64,000 nt of DNA, from assembly GCA_020891255.1 (NCBI GenBank), contig BQFW01000002.1, forward strand, positions 2,294,001-2,358,000. The letters are read 5' to 3'. This DNA comes from Entomortierella parvispora E1425. Taxonomy: Eukaryota > Fungi > Mortierellomycota. Shown piece after piece: positions 60,080-64,000 of this stretch. Within the stretch, counting starts at the first letter, position 1. Every line of letters starts with the position of its first letter. A program made the position numbers and the translations under genes. The notes below the pieces were generated by a model. It did no database searches and was not told where the DNA came from. It was given only the letters and a program-made list of their open reading frames with translations.

Positions 60080-61846
60080 TTAATAGGTTGGCTCTGGCAA
60101 TTCTACAAAGGGCATTTTGTATTGAAGTTTAAAGTCTGGCCGACGTTCCTCGAGCCAAAGACAAGCAGCCCTCAAGTCGAGCTCGGCCTGGCTGACTTGA
60201 TCCAGCTTCAGGCTTTTTCCCTTTGCCATCCGGATCTGGGCCAACCGAGGCCAGTGCTTCTCTATCCACTCGATTTCTTGTTGTCTGATCCGGCAATCGT
60301 GGGCGGAAGGATGAGTCCAGGGTGGACCAAAGGTCAGGGTCTTGAGTCGCTTGAGTGAGTTCAGAATCGGGAGTCCAGACTCGAGCGAGTATTCAAAGCC
60401 GAGTCTCCGATATGGAGGGGGTGCCGGTGTAATAGACGAGGCTGTTGACTCCTCCTCAAGAGAAGGCGCCATGTCCGTGATGGTCACCTGGAGCCACTCG
60501 AGTGCGATTAGGTTTGAAAAGTGCAGATAGAGTTGCAATGTCTCTGAACGCGCAAGTGGATACAGGGACAAAGCAGCGGGGTCAAGACTCGGTGGTTGAT
60601 CTTGTTCATCCCCCTTGCTCACTAACTCGATCTGGAGGATCGTGAGGCTCTGGAAACAGGCCCAAGGCGACAGGTCAGCGATAGTGAGGTGGAGCGGTGG
60701 CGCATTCGCCCGGTTGTTGTAAACAGTGTTGGTCCGATAGACTCTTAGTCGAGGAAAGAGTTGAAATACAGAGCGCATTTCCTCATTGGAGCCTTGTACC
60801 CTGTTCAACGTCAGCACCTCGAGAGAACCCCGATGACGATGCAACATATCCAGGACCTGGGACATTCGAGGACCCGAGCCTTGAGAGATGGACAAGAATT
60901 TCAAAGGGCTTGAAATGGCGTTCAGGCATGCGACACTGTCGGACCAACGGCCACCCGAAACCGAGAACGACTCCAAATAAGGAAGACCCCCGGTGCTACC
61001 ATCGCAGGGGTTGCCGTTGTTTTCCAGGAGCTTCTGGGCTGTGGCAAAGAGAATACCAGAGTCAAAAGAAGTACATGCCAGATGGAGGTCTTTTAAATTT
61101 GAGCATTGTCGCAGGAACCAGAGAAAGTGATTCTTGACGCAATAAAGCAAGTTGAGGTCGAATTTCACGGATCGCAGGGCGGTGTAGGGTCGAGCAGGGA
61201 TCGACAAAGCCGCGGCTTCTGCTTGTTCGCTCTCGGGAATGCGTTGCGTAGGTTCGTAGACGGCCGCATCCAAGGTCTCGAGCTGCAACGGCAAGTGAGT
61301 CAAGAGGGTGTCCAGCATGGTTGTTGGCAAAGGGTTCGTTGTGGATACACAATAGAAGGTCAGTCGTGTCAAATGCTTCAAAGGCGCCATCCCACCCTTT
61401 ACCAGTCGACTAAACTCAAAGACGTCCTGTCGCCGCACTCGTATCAGGGTGAGTTCCTCCAAACTGTCCACGTTATTCTCCAGGATTTTGGTGACGCTCG
61501 GAATGTTCATGAAGCGGTTCTTGGACGTCAGTCGAGTCAGAGTCGAAATGGATTGGTGAACCAAAAACGAAAGGAACTCGGGACTGTTGGCACTGACGGC
61601 GCTGAAACTGGATTTGTGGCGACAAAGAGAGGGGATAAAGGATTGGGGGATGGTCCAATCGTCCCCCAATGGCCAATCCTTGTACTTTTGATCGGTGACC
61701 TCTTGATGCCAGTAAAGCTCATATGTAAAAGCGATATTCCAGGCCCTGCGCACTCGCGCGCAACAGGCGATGTCGCCTGTTTGCAGCCCTTGACAGATGG
61801 AAGTGACAAGGTGCTGGATGAAAAACACAGTCTCGACACCGCTCAT
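60080..61846 (-). CDS. Intronless F-box/RNI-like LRR protein (same family as 12796-14616)
   Basis: MSGVETVFFIQHLVTSICQGLQTGDIACCARVRRAW; CSNLKDLHL; FEYSLESGLPILNSLKRLKTL; EIEWIEKHWPRL. Confidence 0.75.
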   Translation of the reverse strand: MSGVETVFFIQHLVTSICQGLQTGDIACCARVRRAWNIAFTYELYWHQEVTDQKYKDWPLGDDWTIPQSFIPSLCRHKSSFSAVSANSPEFLSFLVHQSISTLTRLTSKNRFMNIPSVTKILENNVDSLEELTLIRVRRQDVFEFSRLVKGGMAPLKHLTRLTFYCVSTTNPLPTTMLDTLLTHLPLQLETLDAAVYEPTQRIPESEQAEAAALSIPARPYTALRSVKFDLNLLYCVKNHFLWFLRQCSNLKDLHLACTSFDSGILFATAQKLLENNGNPCDGSTGGLPYLESFSVSGGRWSDSVACLNAISSPLKFLSISQGSGPRMSQVLDMLHRHRGSLEVLTLNRVQGSNEEMRSVFQLFPRLRVYRTNTVYNNRANAPPLHLTIADLSPWACFQSLTILQIELVSKGDEQDQPPSLDPAALSLYPLARSETLQLYLHFSNLIALEWLQVTITDMAPSLEEESTASSITPAPPPYRRLGFEYSLESGLPILNSLKRLKTLTFGPPWTHPSAHDCRIRQQEIEWIEKHWPRLAQIRMAKGKSLKLDQVSQAELDLRAACLWLEERRPDFKLQYKMPFVELPEPTY

Positions 61847-62076
61847 CAGATGTTCTTTTTGCGCACGGTAAGAAAGGAGGGAGGGAGAGGAAACGGGCGG
61901 AAAGGAAGAGGAGAAGAGACACAACTCTTTGCTCCGCTGGCTCAAATTTGTAGTCAAATGGGCAGTGCTCCTGTGTGACGACTTTGCGGGTCAAGCTGTA
62001 TCAATGTTTTTTCATTTTTGCTTCATTTGTAATCGAAATGCTGAAAAAAAAAAGTGCGCATAGAATATCTGCTCTA

Positions 62077-63851
62077 TTACGAAACAAAGTGCTGCTGAAT
62101 GTCGGAGGTTGGGCGAGGGATGCTCAAAGATGCCTCGTACATGGCGACTAGTGTTTCGTAAAAAGGGAGAAAGAGCATAAGGCGGTGTCAGATATATGAT
62201 CTTCAAGGCTGTGGCAGGCTGATTCTTTCCTGGAATGATTTTCTTACCTGACTCGTATCGAATGTTGTTGCGTGTACGCTTGACTGCCAGCTGCTCAGGG
62301 GTCATGCTTTCACGAACTGCAGCCAAGGTTGACAAGATCTCCTCTGTGGAGGGTCGCTTTTCGGGATTGCTGTCCCAGCACCTCTCGTAAAGGGCCTTGT
62401 ACGCCGCAGGCGTTCCTTCAATGGATACTTCGCGTTTACCATTCATGATGGCGACTGCGAGATGCACGTCCTGAGGTACTTTACCGAATGCAGAGTGACC
62501 AGTTGTCAACTCCCACAGGAGCACTCCCAAAGAGTAAATATCGCATTTAGCGTCAAAGTGCCGTGGGTTGCGGAATCGCTCAGGGGCAATATAGGCCATG
62601 ACACCGATCAGAGGATCGTCCGTGCTATTATCCGAAGAGTCACCATTGATGTTGGCCTTCTTGGTGCTGGTGCTGCTCTTACTGTTGTTGGAGTTGGCGG
62701 CCTCGCTAGACGACTGGTGACTTTCGAGTCCGACGATCTTTTGACTGATAAATTTAGACTGACCTTCGGTGGTTGATGAAGGCTGGATAGAGTACAAGTT
62801 CATGTTTCTGGAGACACGCTCTTCCATAACAGTACTGGCACCGAAATCTGTAAGCAGGGCATCGCCTTGGTCATCGATCAAGATGTTGCCTCCATGAAGA
62901 TCGCGGTGGTAGATGCCTTCCTGATGCAGACGTGCGATACCTGACGAGATTTGGGTAGCCAGACGGAGCTTGTCAGCCCAGGTCAGGTTTTGGTATTCGA
63001 CCTTGAGATGCCATGTGAGCGAGCCTTTGTCGGCATACTTTGTGACAATGCACATCTTGTCGAGTCCTGGAGGGAAAGTCACTCCATAGAATTGGACAAC
63101 GCTCTCACATCCCTTCATTCTGCTGTAGATCTCCACCTATGAAGATAAGAGGCAAGAGGATGAGTGGTTGTCCCTCATGATAAACTCAAAGTGTAATAGA
63201 AGGATCTCTGCTGCTCTCCAGGTCCATGCAAAAGCGCACTTGAATAGCTGGTCGCACACACACAAAAGACGAAACAGTCGATCGTGGGTGAAAACAAAGG
63301 GGGTAAACACTCGATGGGAAATTCGAAACAAATTAGAGATCCAATCCATTCACAGTTCGAGAACTTGCCTCCTTGGAGATGACATGAATCGAGGCCTCCT
63401 TGATGGCCACCTTGATGCCCTTCCACTCTGCAACATGGATGATGCCCATTCCACCGGCATCCACCCCGATCGAGAGCTTTTTGATCTCCGAGGCCGGGAT
63501 CTCGTTAGCAAGAAGGATCTTGCGCTCATCTTCTGTTAAAGGGTAAGGGAACGTTCTCAAACCTTGTTCGAGCGTGATTGACTTTGGACCCATGATGCTG
63601 TTGCTCAAGGATGCGAACTGGGTGGAGACACGCTGGAAGAGGCTTGGTCCCTTCGCGGTAGTGGATTTCGCGGCGATAGCGTCCTTTGGAGGCAAATAGG
63701 CAGCAGTAGGCGACTCATCTTCGATGCGCTGCCCCTGAGCATCCACGAGGGAGCCACTGGCGGAGGCAGAAGGGGCCGGAACTACGACGTTTGCCATTTT
63801 CTTGGGGATAGTGGTGTCCGTGGCACAGCACTTGGAAAAGGGGTTTCCCAT
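62077..63851 (-). CDS. Tyrosine-kinase-like (TKL) kinase with an N-terminal lipidation motif, 2 introns
   Basis: MGNPFSKCC; DAGGMG, VAIKE, HRDLHGGNIL, DFG, YIAPE, DIYSLGVLLWEL, RCWDSNPEKRP. The last exon is placed after acceptor CACTAG (stop 62077-62079); an alternative end at 62012 is possible. Confidence 0.85.
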
Positions 63852-64000
63852 GGTGAATGGCTATCTACGGCGAGGGATGGGTGTCAAATTGATAATTCGA
63901 GCAACTCCTGACAGGAATGGATAGATGGTCAGGCTGACCTACTGGTGGGTGTTGGAGAGAGAAGAGAGGTTGGGGAGAGGGAATGAGGTAAGTGAATGAG

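Noticed and set aside
61106-61978. 290-aa plus-strand ORF (also 44225-44872, 48920-49744 and 6549-7205)
   Set aside because: Antisense shadows of well-supported genes.

Overview
Gene-dense eukaryotic (fungal) DNA with many short spliceosomal introns. The gene content (CotH, TKL kinase, Josephin, expanded F-box/LRR family) points to Mortierellaceae or related early-diverging fungi; this is inference. I reconstructed 15 protein genes: a 5'-partial FYVE-armadillo protein, Josephin DUB, Argonaute, FNIP/Lst4, two F-box/LRR proteins, a giant (~4,000 aa) Rim15/Greatwall-type kinase, a Dnf1-like P4-ATPase, CotH, a probable Gon7, GLTP/HET-C2, BioDA, a flavin-reductase-like protein, Rei1, exportin-5/Msn5 and a lipidation-motif TKL kinase. 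There is also one tRNA-Glu(CTC). The only accessory-looking stretch is 29.2-34.2 kb. It holds a decayed TnpB/Fanzor-like nuclease relic, a 32-bp direct repeat, the tRNA and a perfect 21-bp hairpin. Five GC-AG introns are required to keep conserved reading frames. I found no intact novel multi-gene system; the best leads are the Fanzor-like relic, the hairpin, the giant kinase and the GC-AG excess. Exon boundaries were placed by eye and no database search was run.
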